Program-made: the position numbers and the translations under genes
Notes under the pieces: generated by a model
Databases searched by the model: none
What the model was told of the DNA's origin: nothing
What the model saw: only the letters and a program-made list of their open reading frames with translations
In this document: positions 26,612 through 41,526 of the stretch, piece after piece
Layout of the letters: each line of letters starts with the position of its first letter
Position numbering within the stretch: the first letter of the stretch is position 1
DNA from: Eledone cirrhosa
Taxonomy: Eukaryota
Direction of reading: 5' to 3'
Assembly (NCBI GenBank): GCA_964016885.1
Contig: OZ024750.1
Span: forward strand, 18,104,001-18,168,000
DNA: 64,000 bases

Positions 26612-27912
26612 CTATGATCGTGAGGAAGGTAGGGGTGGGGGCTGTGATCGTGAAGAAGGTGGAGATGGTGTTATGATCGTGATGAAGGTGGCGATGGTGT
26701 TATGATCGTGAAGAAGGTGGGGATAGTTTTATGATCGTGAGGAAGGTGGCGATGGTGTTATGATCGTGATGAAGGTGGCGATGGTGTTATGATCGTGAAG
26801 AAGGTGGGGATAGTTTTATGATCGTGAGGAAGGTGGAGATGGTGTTATGATCGTGAAGAAGGTGGCGATGGTGTTATGATCGTGAAGAAGGTGGGGATAG
26901 TTTTATGATCGTGAGGAAGGTGGAGATGGTGTTATGATCGTGATGAAGGTGGCGATGGTGTTATGATCGTGAAGAAGGTGGGGATAGTTTTATGATCGTG
27001 AGGAAGGTGGAGATGGTGTTATGATCGTGAAGAAGGTGGCGATGGTGTTATGATCGTGAAGAAGGTGGAGATGGTGTTATGATCGTGAGGAAGGTGGCGA
27101 TGGTGTTATGATCGTGAGGAAGGTGGGGATAGTTTTATGATCGTGAGGAAGGTGGCGATGGTGTTATGATCGTGAGGAAGGTGGAGATGGTGTTATGATC
27201 GTGAGGAAGGTGGCGATGGTGTTATGATCGTGAGGAAGGTGGCGATGGTGTTATGATCGTGAGGAAGGTGGCGATGGTGTTATGATCGTGAGGAAGGTGG
27301 GGATAGTTTTATGATCGTGAGGAAGGTGGAGATGGTGTTATGATCGTGAGGAAGGTGGCGATGGTGTTATGATCGTGAGGAAGGTGGCGATGGTGTTATG
27401 ATCGTGAGGAAGGTGGCGATGGTGTTATGATCGTGAGGAAGGTGGGGATAGTTTTATGATCGTGAGGAAGGTGGAGATGGTGTTATGATCGTGAAGAAGG
27501 TGGCGATGGTGTTATGATCGTGAAGAAGGTGGAGATGGTGTTATGATCGTGATGAAGATGGCGATGGTGTTATGATCGTGAGGAAGGTGGAGATGGTGTT
27601 ATGATCGTGAAGAAGGTGGGGGATAATGTTATGATCGTGAGGAAGGTGGAGATGGTGTTATGATCGTGAAGAAGGTGGCGATGGTGTTATGATCGTGAAG
27701 AAGGTGGAGATGGTGTTATGATCGTGAAGAAGGTGGGGGATAGTTTTATGATCGTGAGGAAGGTGGAGATGGTGTTATGATCGTGAAGAAGGTGGGGGAT
27801 AATGTTATGATCGTGAGGAAGGTGGAGATGGTGTTATGATCGTGAAGAAGGTGGAGATGGTGTTATGATCGTGAAGAAGGTGGAGATGGTGTCATGATCG
27901 TGAGGAAGGTGA
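26612..27912. repeat. 29-bp minisatellite, about 45 copies
   Basis: Unit tatgatcgtga(g/a/t)gaaggtgg(c/a/g)gat(ggtgt/agttt); period 29 (26701 to 26730). Confidence 0.95.
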
Positions 27913-28452
27913 TGTGATTGCGAAGAAGATAGAGAAGGTACTATGATCGCGAGGAAATTTCATTCAATGATCGGTCGTACAATCTTCATTTTCTTAGGAT
28001 ACTAACAAAGCTTTGGACTTTTAAGATGTAGTTCCTATCTTAAAGACGCTAACCTAACTATTGAGGGAGATTTGGTTGCTACATTGGGTAGAGATAATGA
28101 CTCTGTATAAATTTCCTTGCTGTCATGTCATGTCTCCGTTTGAAAGACACCTTGAAGAAACGTGTATGTTATGTTAAAAAGGTTGAGATGTTAAATAGAA
28201 GTTGTTCCTTCCATCTATTGAACAATTAATATTGTTTATTGTGGTTGTCTTGTGATTGCTGTTGTTACAACGACTGTTGCTTATATCACTGATTTAATGG
28301 AGCTATTAAAAATATCTAAATTGTCGTTGTTGTTAATGGTGTAGCCTGAACACTAGTTGCTGTTTATCTTATCATTCTTGTTGCTATTGTTATCGTTTTT
28401 GTTATTTTATCATTATCACATTATCACGGTCAACGTGTCTACTCTTATTATT

Positions 28453-29229
28453 AGGGTCGGACACCCATGCTTTGACGCATAGAGTTACGGCCCTTGCTAT
28501 TCTGAGTTCAAATCCCGCCGAGGTTAACTTTGCCTTTCATCCTTACGGGGTCGATAACATAAAGTACCAGTAATACACTGGGTAATTGCTGGCCTTGTGC
28601 CTAACGTAGAAACAATTATTAGGGTCGGACACCATGCTTTGCAGCAAAGAGCTACGGCCCTTTATGGTCTGAGTTCAAATCCCGCCGAGGTTAACTTTGC
28701 CATTCATCCTTATGGGGGGGGGGGTCGATAAGATAAAGTACCAGTAATACACTGAGATAATTGCTGGCCTTGTGCCAAAAGTAGAAACAATTATTAATGG
28801 CCGTGGTTTGGCAGTATCGGTAGAGCATCAGACACCTTGCTTTGTAGCATAGAGCTGTGGGCCTTTGCGTTCTGAGTTCAAATCCCACCGAGGTTAACTT
28901 TGCCTTTTATCCTTACAGGGTCGATAAAATAAAATACCAGTCACGCACTGGGGTCAATTTAACCGATTTCCCCCTCCCCCCCCAAAAAAAAAATTGCTGG
29001 CCTTGTGCCTATTTAAGAAACCATTATTATGACAATTATAGATGGATTGGCAGTATCGGTAGAGGGTCGGACGCCATGCTTTGACGCATAGAGTTACGGC
29101 CCTTTCCATTCTGAGTTGAAATCCCGCCGAGGTTAACTTTGCCTTTCATCCTTACGGGGGTCGATGAAATAAAGTACCAGTGATACACTGGGGTAATTGC
29201 TGGCCTTGTGCCAAAAAGTAGAAACAATT
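28453..29229 (+). mobile_element. Head-to-tail array of four S1 SINEs
   Basis: 28453-28620, 28621-28795, 28798-29030 (long form), 29043-29229. Confidence 0.9.
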
Positions 29230-29625
29230 AATATGGCCATTATAGTTTCGTAGCTCTAGTGTCTAGGTGATGTCGATGATGATGTTGTTGTTGCTGTTGC
29301 TGTTGCAACAGTTGTTATCCTCGTATCCGTTGTCATTCATTGTTGAAGTTGTTATTGTTAAGATTTACGTCATTTGCAATGTTGTTGTTAACGTCACCAT
29401 CACTCAGAAGCTTCCCTATGTACCCTTCACTCTTCGTTAACCTTCAATTCACATATCCCCTCTCCACATACAAACGTTGACACATCCTGTCAGCCATGCT
29501 TCAAATCCACGGAGAGACGCCAACATCTTGCTACAATAGTGACATGACAACTTAGTTTCATTCAACAGCACCAAGACGTATAGTGATTGTATGAGTGTAT
29601 GAGCGTGCGTCTGTGCGCATGCGTG

Positions 29626-29670
<45 letters not shown>

Positions 29671-29829
29671 ATGCATATATGCATGTATGTATTTATAGAG
29701 AAACAAACAGTCTTTCTTTTAGACATGCAATGAAAAACATTACTGTGACAAACAGCTTGCAAGGAACACGCGTAAATATTTTTTTTTTAAATTTCAAATG
29801 TGTGCGTCCCAATGTAAATGATCATAATT

Positions 29830-29968
29830 GGGCCAGCAATTACTCAGTGTATTACTGGTACTTTATTTTATCAACCTCGTAAGGATGAAAGGCAAAGTTA
29901 ACCTCGGCGGGATTTGAACTCAGATCATAAAGGGCCTTAACTCTTTGCTGCAAAGCATGGCGTCCGAC
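29830..29968 (-). mobile_element. Truncated S1 SINE with target-site duplication
   Basis: aatgatcataat flanks both sides (29818, 29970). Confidence 0.85.
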
Positions 29969-30082
29969 TAATGATCATAATATTAGTCAATCACGCATAA
30001 TAGTTGAGAAAATCGAATAAATATCAAACTAGAATACAGTCGTATTTTCAAAACAACTCACACACACACACACACGCACAGT

Positions 30083-30365
<283 letters not shown>

Positions 30366-31510
30366 AAGGCAGCTTGAGGTCCATTTCACCTTTTGTTTCA
30401 TCCGGATAAAAATAAAATTATAGTACCGACTACCTGTTGAGTCGTTGTGCACTCCGCAGTGATCAGGTATCCCATTTAGATGAACTGAAATTGTTGTTTT
30501 TCTTCTGTCTATTAATTGTGCCATCAAAGTTAAGATGGGTCTAGACGATAACAATCTCTACCCTTTAAAATGCTGATTGAATAAGCCGATCAATAGCGAT
30601 ACAATCCTTGCCAACTCGTCTTCTTCTATTCAGCGAAAGTGTATCTATGACCCCATTTTCCAGAAAGCTCCTCATTTTTGTAAGATGATCGGATGAGATT
30701 TGAGGGAGTTTTGACTGCAATTTCTTTCAAATTCTGTGACCATATGAGAAGCCTCCTCGCTATTATTACGAGCTATTATTACTGCTGCCGTGTCGCTACT
30801 GTGTTTCAATTGCTGATACTGATGCTGATGCTGATGCTGTTGATCTTTTCGCTCTCTCAGTTCAAGCCTAAATTTAGGACTGTTGTCGCTGCTATGTCTT
30901 TCCATAATTGTTGTTGCTACTGTTGTCAAGGTCTTTGCTGTTGTAAAAGTGAAACCATTAAAAAAAACTGGTGTCGAGCTGGGAGTGTATTAGGTGGAGA
31001 ACAGAGAGGACTCGGCACTCAACGTGACGGGGGATGGTAAAAAAAAAAAAAAAAATAAGTGAAGCAGAGGTGGGCGTTGTATAAAGGACAAGATGGCGGG
31101 CGTCTGCTCCTTAACTTTGGGTATACAATATAAATAAGTTATGTGGAGCCAGAAATATTGACATTTGACCTGACAGAAAACATTTACAATCATAACAGAA
31201 TGGTAGAGAATAAGATATGATAGGATAAAGGGCTAATGGAATGTCATTAGTAGTTATATATAAATATATATATATATATATATACATAGCTACAAAAAGC
31301 ACACTCGTACAAATGTACATACATATATACGTATGTGTGTGTGTGTATGTGTGTGTGTGTGCGTGTGGGTGTGTACATGCGAGCGCGCGTGTGCTCCCAT
31401 AACCATTAATACTATGTAATAAATATGTTATTTAATAGGGTCTCGTGAGATTTTCGCCGCTAGAATTTCGCAGTGTAAATGGACTTTATAACCGATCAAC
31501 TTAGATAGAA

Positions 31511-31558
<48 letters not shown>

Positions 31559-31859
31559 CATACACACCATATTCATACACACTTACTGACACACATTCAG
31601 ACTACCACCCCCACATATATATACAAAATTACCTCTTCTGACCCACGTACACGTATTCAACGTTGTAAATCTATAAGCTTGTCTTTTATTGCTGTTTATT
31701 AAATATATTATGAGTTTATGTGTGTATTTGTGTATGTGTGTATGTTTGTATGTATTTACATATATACATACATAAAATAATTATAGGAATAAACACTTCG
31801 CAAACATAAGGAAAATATTTCTTTTGAAACAATAAAAATAACAAGTCGCCTCAGCCATA

Positions 31860-32085
31860 AAACCAGGTATTGCCGCTCATATCGCAGAGAAGCAGACGAT
31901 ATCTAAATACCAAGACTTGATCGTCTGCTTCTTTTTATGCCGGTCACCGTCAAGAAATACGGTGTCTTCGGACCCCTGACTATCGTTTTCCTGAGAAAAG
32001 AGCTCCATATGTTGAAATGGGTAATACATCGAATGGCGCTGTCTGTTCACCGCGGCAAAGCTATCACCATCTTGTCCGTGGGACA
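31860..32085 (+). mobile_element. Decayed CRE-like RLE C-terminal fragment
   Basis: PGIAAHIAEKQTISKYQDL / FMPVTVKKYGVFGP...VIHRMALSVHRGKAITIL with frameshift; aligns by eye with the 860-1085 peptide. Confidence 0.7.
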
Positions 32086-32230
32086 AAGCTGTAATATACT
32101 ACCTCACCAGAAGTGCAGATATCCGTCCTTTAGCCCCTTTTCCATTATTATCTCATCCACCATTTTTTTTTCGCTCTTTCTGTTTACAATATCATATTTT
32201 ATTTCTATACTTTCATCATTATTTACTTAG

Positions 32231-32613
32231 GGCGGTGGATTGGCAGTATCGGTGGAGGGTCAGACGCCATGCTTTCCAGCATAGTTACGTCCCTCTACGA
32301 TCTGAGTTCAAATCCCGCCGAGGTTGACTTTGCCTTTCATCCTTACGGGGTCGATAAAATAAAGTACCAGTAATTAACTGGGTAATTGCTGGCCTTGTGC
32401 CTAAAGTAGAAACAATTATTTACTTCGGTGGATTGGCAGTATCGGTAGAGGGTCGGACGCCATGCTTTACAGCTTAGAGTTACGTCCCATTATGATCTGC
32501 GTTCAAATCCCGCCGAGGTTAACTTTGCCTTGCATCCTTACGGGGTCGATAAAATAAAGTACCAGTAATGCACTGGAATAATTGCTGGCCTTGTGCCAAA
32601 AGTAGAAACAATT
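32231..32613 (+). mobile_element. Two tandem full-length S1 SINEs
   Basis: attatttactt recurs before, between and after the two copies. Confidence 0.9.
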
Positions 32614-33236
32614 ATTTACTTCTATTTTTCTATACGTTCATTGTTTAGGTTAGCATTGCAGTAGAGGTTGTTTAACATTCCTGAGAGAACAGAAAAGATT
32701 GTTTAAGTTAGGTCGACAAAGTTTTGAGAGTATAAAGTTTTCTTCTCGCTATTTTGCCACCAATCAACCCTGATCGGGCTGAACTATGGTCAAAGTCTTT
32801 CCAGATTTGACCATCACACCATTGAATGGTACTTTAGATGCAGAGATCATAACCACTTGTTGGTCTCTGACAGAACGAGAAACTGTACCCGTTTAACTAA
32901 CCAAAAGAAAATAGATCTTGATATCTGTTGGATTGCTACGATAAAACCACTGAATCAGAATCTGGATCGAGTGGGTACACCGTGAACTAGTTCAGAGGAA
33001 CAGGGGACACTTTCATAGAGATAGAAATGACAGAGAGAGAGGATTGATGTATGTTGGTGATTGAATTTTTGTGAATCATTCTTATGCGGCTTCTTAAGAC
33101 TCGGTCGCGGATCAGTTTCTGTGTAACAGCAATGTCGTCTCGTATACGTGGGCAGTACAGCAATGTGCTATCTTGAATGTATGGAAACATGATACTGAAT
33201 AAAGCTCACACGCAGGCACACACACCCATACACATA

Positions 33237-33299
<63 letters not shown>

Positions 33300-33390
33300 T
33301 TTATTATTATTACTATATATATATATATATATATACGTGCATACATATACATTTATACATATAAACATATACATAGATATATATATAAGC

Positions 33391-33421
<31 letters not shown>

Positions 33422-33470
33422 TGTGGGTGTTTATATATGTACATGCATACACACAAACACACACAATATT

Positions 33471-33523
<53 letters not shown>

Positions 33524-33949
33524 CGTACACACACATATATATACTGTCGTAACTTTGATATTCCGAACTGACTTACCACCCAGAACGTCCACCATATTCC
33601 CTTTTGTAAAGTATTTTAATTTTATTTATATATTTCGTTTCACTACTTCTTTCTTCCCTAGCTCCTTTCTCTTTCATTTCTTACCTCCCCCTAGTTCCAT
33701 TCACTACACACTTTCACAGCTTTACTTTGTCTGTTTATCCCTATTTCCGCCTCACCTCTCTCTTACATTATTTTGTTTAATAATTTATTTATTCATTTGT
33801 TTATTCGTTTGTCTTATATTTCTCAACTACAAATTAAAAACAGTTTGCTCTTGGCTATAAGGTTTTCAATTTATAAAACACATACATTCTCTCCACCATA
33901 CAACCAAATAAATCAATGACAAAAATAATACACACATACACACACATAC

Positions 33950-33987
33950 ATAGATACATACATACGTATATACATATATATATATAT

Positions 33988-34020
<33 letters not shown>

Positions 34021-34032
34021 ATATATTTATAC

Positions 34033-34068
<36 letters not shown>

Positions 34069-34103
34069 TATATATATTTATATATATATATATATATTTA
34101 TAC

Positions 34104-34175
<72 letters not shown>

Positions 34176-34383
34176 CGTATATATATATATATATATATAT
34201 TTATACGTATATATATATATATATTTATACGTATATATATATATACACACACACACAAATATATATATATGTATATATATATATATACATACGTACATAC
34301 ACACACACATATATATATGCATACATACATATATATATATATATATATACATACGTACATACACACACACATATATATATATG

Positions 34384-34419
<36 letters not shown>

Positions 34420-34495
34420 CATACACACACACATATATATATATATATGCATACATACATTTATATACATATATATATATATATATATACATATT
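33950..34495. repeat. Compound (TA)n microsatellite
   Basis: Direct reading. Confidence 0.95.
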
Positions 34496-35059
34496 AATTT
34501 AAAAAATAGAAACGTAAATGAAATTTATTATTCTACACGCCATATTGAACTTCTTTTTAAGAAAGAATAAATTGCCTGCCCTTTCTTTTAAGAGGCAGTA
34601 AAAGGATTAACTACGATTTAATGCATTGATTCGGAGATCTCGGTGTCGTTGTAGTAAATTGAGGAATGTTTCCCGAACTGTGTCGAATAAACTTAAACTC
34701 TGGGTGAACCTATTTTCAATTTTCTCTTCCTAGAACACATTTTATTTCACCTTGTACAATAAATACTCTAGAAAATGGCATATATGCCTTTACATCACAT
34801 TTTTCCACCACAACTATTATCGTTATAATACGATATTTTAATTCTACTTCGATTCTAATATTGTATTGATTTCTAAATAAGTCGATTAAATTGGCATCAA
34901 TATATTGTGTGTATGTATGGGTGTGTGAACTCGTAACTCCTGATAAAGTCGTAGGCGCGCTGTAGCGGCATATGGCGTGTCTTGGGCATTATAAACCTGG
35001 CGGTTCCCATCCCCTCTCCAGGTTTCAACACAGTCAATTTCTTTCAGAGAAGAAGAGGA

Positions 35060-35106
<47 letters not shown>

Positions 35107-35237
35107 GTGTGTGTGTGTGTGTGTTTGATCGCGACTGCATGGGTACCAAAAATTCTTAACGAAAGAATGGTACATACTACCAAATCATACTCGATTGCGA
35201 GTGACGGCTGTAGATTAGATTTAGTTATATATATAAG

Positions 35238-35455
35238 GGTGGTAGATTGGCAGTATCGGTAGGACGTCGGATACCCTGCTTCGCGGCAGAGAGTTACGGC
35301 CCTTTACGTTCTGAGTTCAAATTCCACCGAGGTTAGCTTTGCCTTTCACCCATACGGGGGTCGATAAAATAAAGCACCAGTAATGCACTATGGTCGATTT
35401 AGTCGACTTCCCCACTTCTCAAAATTGCTGGCCTTGTGCCTATAGTAGAAATCAT
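35238..35455 (+). mobile_element. S1 SINE, long form
   Basis: Includes the gtcgatttagtcgac hairpin segment before the tail. Confidence 0.9.
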
Positions 35456-35880
35456 TTATGTATTTATTTATTGCATTTCTTTGGTACTTTTTGTCAATGA
35501 TACCTGAGTCCCACTGAAGTAAAATGTGGAAATAGCCGCTACAATAGCGATGATATCAACAAAGCAGATATTTTCTCAAAAATTTTATTACGTTTAGTAT
35601 TACTATAAGACGGAAAAGCCTATCTTCTTTCAGTTAGGTTTGGTAGAAGAAAAGAATAGTGGTTACATGTTCTGCCCTTTAGCAAGTTGACATAAGTGTA
35701 AATACTGAACCCAAGTAATATCGCCGCTGTGTATACTTAAGGATTGGCTTTTAAATACTCAAGTGAAATAAAGAAGAAAGAAGATATGTGCACCGTTTAA
35801 TGGTGTAGCATAGCTCTATGGTACGTGGGATGAAACAAGAATATTTTAGTTCTTCCAGTCGTCTTATTGTAAGGAATTTC

Positions 35881-35942
<62 letters not shown>

Positions 35943-36219
35943 GGACTTACAAAATTTTGCAATTAATTGTATCCTCGTGAGAAAAGAGGAAGTGCTGATG
36001 GTATGTGCCCTCTAGAAAAGGAAGATTAGTGCAGTTAAAACAATTTCAGGGGTTAAGAAGTTATTTTTTTAATAGGAAAATACGAGAATAATTTTGATAT
36101 ATATATATATATATATATATATCGCAATTGTTATTAGAAGACAAGGAGTGTACCCAATCATTTTGTGTAGGTTCTCGGGAAAAAATATTATAGGGAATGA
36201 GATGACAAAAATGGATGCA

Positions 36220-36910
36220 TTGAGTGGAGGTTGGTTAACAAATGTAGATATTGAGTGGAGGTTGGTTAACAAATGTAGATATTGAGTGGAGGTTGGTTAA
36301 CAAATGTAGATATTGAGTGGAGGTTGGTTAACAAATGTAGATATTGAGTGGAGGTTGGTTAACAAATGTAGATATTGAGTGGAGGTTGGTTAACAAATGT
36401 AGATATTGAGTGGAGGTTGGTTAACAATTAACAAATGTAGATATTGAGTGGAGGTTGGTGAACAAATGTAGATATTGAGTGGAGGTTGGTTAACAAATGT
36501 AGATATTGAGAGGAGGTTGGTTAACAAATGTAGATATTGAGTGGAGGTTGGTTAACAAATGTAGATATTGAGTGGAGGTTGGTTTACAAATGTAGATATT
36601 GAGTGGAGGTTGGTTAACAAATGTAGATATTGAGTGGAGGTTGGTTAACAAATGTAGATATTGAGTGGAGGTTGGTTAACAAATGTACATATTGAGTGGA
36701 GGTTGGTTAACAAATGTAGATATTGAGTGGAGGTTGGTTAACAAATGTAGATATTGAGAGGAGGTTGGTTAACAAATGTAGATATTGAGTGGAGGTTGGT
36801 TAACAAATGTAGATATTGAGTGGAGGTTGGTTAACAAATGTAGATATTGAGTGGAAGTTGGTTAACAAATGTAGATATTGAGTGGAGGTTGGTTAACAAA
36901 TGTAGATATT
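36220..36910. repeat. 31-bp minisatellite, about 22 near-identical copies
   Basis: Unit ttgagtggaggttggttaacaaatgtagata. Confidence 0.95.
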
Positions 36911-37214
36911 TTTTTTATTTTTGAAGCAATATCTTTTATAGTAACGATTTCAAAACTGTAAACGGAATAAAAATGCAATATGGCGATGTGCAAACCAATG
37001 TATTTCCGTTGAATATAATTATTCCACTGATGTGATTTCTTAAGCTACGTCCATCTTAATAACCTCGACGCTTTACAAGTGAATGCTGTTCACCGTAGGC
37101 CTACATAGGCACACAATGGCAAGCATGCATATCCAGAGTAGCACACATCTGTTAAGCATATATATTAATACATATTTCACATACACACACATATATACAT
37201 ATATATATATATAC

Positions 37215-37276
<62 letters not shown>

Positions 37277-37362
37277 GGTAAACAGAAATAACAATACAAA
37301 CGGTACAGTATATGGAAGGAATATATTAGTTTAACGCTTATATATATATATATATATACACG

Positions 37363-37420
<58 letters not shown>

Positions 37421-37914
37421 TACAGATATATATAGTATATATAATATATATATTCTATATTAATGCCAAGCTTGAGTCTTCTTACTCTGGTACTCTGGTG
37501 TGTAGATGTATGTGTGTGTTTGTGTGTGTGTTTCAAGAGATTATCCCATATTCCCTACATCGTCTCCAATTATGAACAGCTCACACTAAAACCATTACAT
37601 ACCTTACTAATACTTCCCTTCACGATGTCTAAGGAGCATGCGCAGCAACTACATATACTTCGCATCACCAACACATCACGACAGACATTCACTTTCTCCT
37701 CTAGACATTATGTCTTCAGTGGGTAAATTCCAATTCAAGCGAAATCGATCGATGGTAACCTCTTTTTCCGCATTTAAAGGTCTTCCCTCTATTCTATAAG
37801 CTATTTTATAGCATCGCCACGCATGAACATACCACTCGTAGTCTTTTAAAACTAATGGATTTCAATACCAGAATCTCTGGAGATGACATCGGGATAGGCG
37901 AGCTAACAATTCAA

Positions 37915-38165
37915 CGAGTCTTGCTATATGGAAGTGAAACATGGACGCTTTCATCCAAACAACAAAAGCACCTTGATGGTACTTACACTCGCCTGCTTCA
38001 ACGCATTCAGAACATAAGCTAGCGACATCTGACTTTGAGAGAGATATATGCCGGCCTCCCACGCACATCTGTCGTTGTACGTAAAAGGAGAAGAGTAAGA
38101 TTTGCTGGCCACTGCAATCGTGCCACCTATGAGGCTGTGTCCCCATTAGTGCTTTGGAAACCACA
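37915..38165 (+). mobile_element. Decayed RTE LINE fragment
   Basis: VLLYGSETWTLSSKQQKHLDGTYTRLLQRIQNIS*..RVRFAGHC..VLWKP. Confidence 0.8.
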
Positions 38166-38619
38166 AGCAGTCACTAAATATTATTAGTGTGTCACACAAC
38201 GACGTAGACTCTCCTTCTTGGAACTCATAATTCTAAAGATAAATTCTAAATTAAGTTTCTGTATCAAATAATATTTTTTATTTCAATTATAAAATGTTGA
38301 AGTATCTAAGATATTATATACATTTTTACTGCGTTTCTATTTCTTACATACCTTTCAGGCCTAAGGGAATGGCAAAGGTTTACAATAATAATTGAAACAT
38401 ATGATTTAAAGAAAAAAATTTACCGACTGTTGATGTTTCTTTAAATGTAATTTTATATTTATTTCTAAACATATTTTCAAGAATAACCTATTCAAGAATA
38501 ACTAACATATAAACAGAAATATAAAATTGTGTATTTTAAAATAAAAATATAAAAACTGGTAGCATTCCGTGATATTTGAACGCATTAATAGATATTTACA
38601 AGAATAACAATTTCGTATC

Positions 38620-38662
<43 letters not shown>

Positions 38663-39239
38663 GCTCACTCTCAACCCTAATACCAACACTGTTCGTACTG
38701 CACTCCTTGTTTTTGTTTTGTTCCTTGCCTATATATATATATATAGTTAAAACACATATATATATACATATATATATATATGTATATATATATACATAGA
38801 TATATGTATATATATATATATATGCATATTTATATATATATGTATATATATATATACATAGATATATGTATATATATATAATATATATATATAATATATA
38901 TATAATATATATATATTATATAATATATATATATAATATATATATAATATATATATATATAATATATATAATATATATAATATATATATATATATATACG
39001 GGCTTCTAATCAGTTTCTGTCTACCCAATTACTCAATCTCACTCACACGGTACTTGACCAAACTGCCGCATTATGGGGTCAAAACAGGAAATACCTAATT
39101 TTAAGACAAACCTCTTAACCAAACAACCATTTCTCTCTCTCTATATATATATATATAAATATTATATATATATATTATATATATATATATATTATATATA
39201 TATATATTATATATATATTATATATATATATATATTATA

Positions 39240-39282
<43 letters not shown>

Positions 39283-39308
39283 ATATTATATATATATATA
39301 TAATATAT

Positions 39309-39447
39309 TACTCTATAGAAAACAATATCTACAGGTTTAGCAAAACCTGTAGATATTGTTTTCTATACAGTAACGGTAAAAATCACTTGTAATAATCCTT
39401 TACACACATTTTACTGTGTAACACACTACACTTCTATTTGTGTAATA
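39309..39447 (+). mobile_element. Fold-back element: 30-bp-arm palindrome plus tail in (TA)n
   Basis: 39309-39338 vs 39343-39372, one mismatch, 4-nt loop. Confidence 0.55.
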
Positions 39448-39896
39448 TATTTGTATATATATATATATATCAGGGGTACTTAGTACCTGTGGGGATATTA
39501 ACTTCTTTTAATATCCTCCGTTATGTAGAGAACAAATTTGTTGTTCTATTTAGCTGCTATTTTTAGTGGCGAGGTAGACAACACGTCTATGTTTACTTCC
39601 GCTTCTACTAAGGGCTGGTTCATGCAGAGGTCAAATTTACGGCCCCATTCGATCCTGTGCTAGCTGGTAGATGGCAATATATTTTGCCGTTCCTGGGACT
39701 TTTTATCCTAGGAAAGGAAAATTCTCTCTGATGATCTGATGATCTGAACTTTTCCATTGGAAGTCCCTAGGGATCTCCAATCTTTTGTGAAGTGAAACCG
39801 TCGGTAAAAGCAAATGGAATAGGTAAATATTTAAATTATATTTTTTTATTTATTTTAAAAAATTGTTTGAATCTTGCTTGCTCCGCTTATCTCAAT

Positions 39897-39935
<39 letters not shown>

Positions 39936-39938
39936 GGG

Positions 39939-40218
39939 GGAACGAGTAGGACCCCGACGGCTGAGCTCAAGCCGTTTGGGGACACCCTGCTAGCGTGGAA
40001 GATGGAGATTAGACGATGATGATGATGATGATATATATACATACATACATATATATATATATAACGAAGAAAATGTGGTAAGGAACCAGATGGACCATAA
40101 CGCACCAAAGTACTCAATACGTCGGGGTCCTACTCGTTCCTATTACCCACTCTACTACCCTAAGTATTGAGTACTTTGGTGCGTTATGGTCCATCTGGTT
40201 CCTTACCACATTTCCTTC

Positions 40219-40307
<89 letters not shown>

Positions 40308-40466
40308 ATATATATGTATGTATATATATCATCATCATCATCGTCTAACGTCCATCTTCCACGCTAGCAGGGTGTCCCCAAAAATATATATACACTTTGA
40401 TTACCTGTACAGGCAATATTTATTAGAATGCACAGCGTTTGTGAATACATTTTTGGAGACACCCTG
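39939..40466. mobile_element. Rearranged family C element with inverted duplication of flank, followed by MITE M2
   Basis: About 39976-40120 is an inverted copy of about 40164-40381; M2 at 40368-40466. Confidence 0.7.
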
Positions 40467-40731
40467 TATATATATGTGTGTGTGTAGGTGTGTATATGTG
40501 TACGTCTGAACGTATTTGTGAGTATGTTTCTCGATTTTCAGTAATTTCCAGAAAATTTATTAAGATTATATTAAATTTTAAGTTAACACATTCAAACTTT
40601 GACATATTAAGTTTCCTTGTGTCTTCTAAGTACTGGATGCATCTGTATATCTTTCAAATGAATACGTAAACATTTTTGGTAAAAGCTTATGAAAAAGATG
40701 TTCGTTGCCTGGATATCTATTTTCCGTAATT

Positions 40732-40831
<100 letters not shown>

Positions 40832-40937
40832 AGGAGAGACATAAATATTATGTTTGCATGGTTTTTGGTTGTCTGTATGTAACAGATAGTCCTTTGTTAT
40901 ATTCAAGTCATATTTTTGTTTGAAAATCACGGAGAGG

Positions 40938-41097
<160 letters not shown>

Positions 41098-41321
41098 GGA
41101 GATAGAGGGAGAGAACAAAACAGAGATAGAGTCATACATTTTATACGGAAAGAGGTAGGGATGGAGAAATGTATGAATAATGTTGTAAATCATGTAGATA
41201 ATGACAAGTAAAGAGAGCAATGAGGAATACGAAACAATGAAATAGGGTCATACATTTCTTTTGGGAGAGAGAGAGGGAGGGAGAGAGAGAGAGAGAGAGA
41301 GAGCCGGTAGTATGTTATAAT

Positions 41322-41526
41322 GATTTTTACTATAAGCACAAGGCCAGAAATTGGGGGGAAGGGAAAGTCGATTAAATCGACCCCAGTGCGTTGTTACTGG
41401 TACTTTATTTTATCGACCCCGTAAGGATGAAAGGTAAAGCTAACCTCGGCTGGATTTGAACTCAGAACGCAAAGGGCCATAACTCTATACTGCAAACCAT
41501 GCTGCCTGATGCTCTACCGATTCTGT
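41322..41526 (-). mobile_element. S1 SINE, long form, with TSD
   Basis: tagtatgttataatga on both sides. Confidence 0.9.

Noticed and set aside
32231-32325. tRNA gene
   Set aside because: The A/B boxes belong to the SINE head, are too widely spaced for a clean cloverleaf, and are always followed by the SINE core.
36220-36910. CRISPR-like array (also 26612-27912 and 61790-62582)
   Set aside because: Contiguous units with no unique spacers, no cas genes, and a eukaryotic context.
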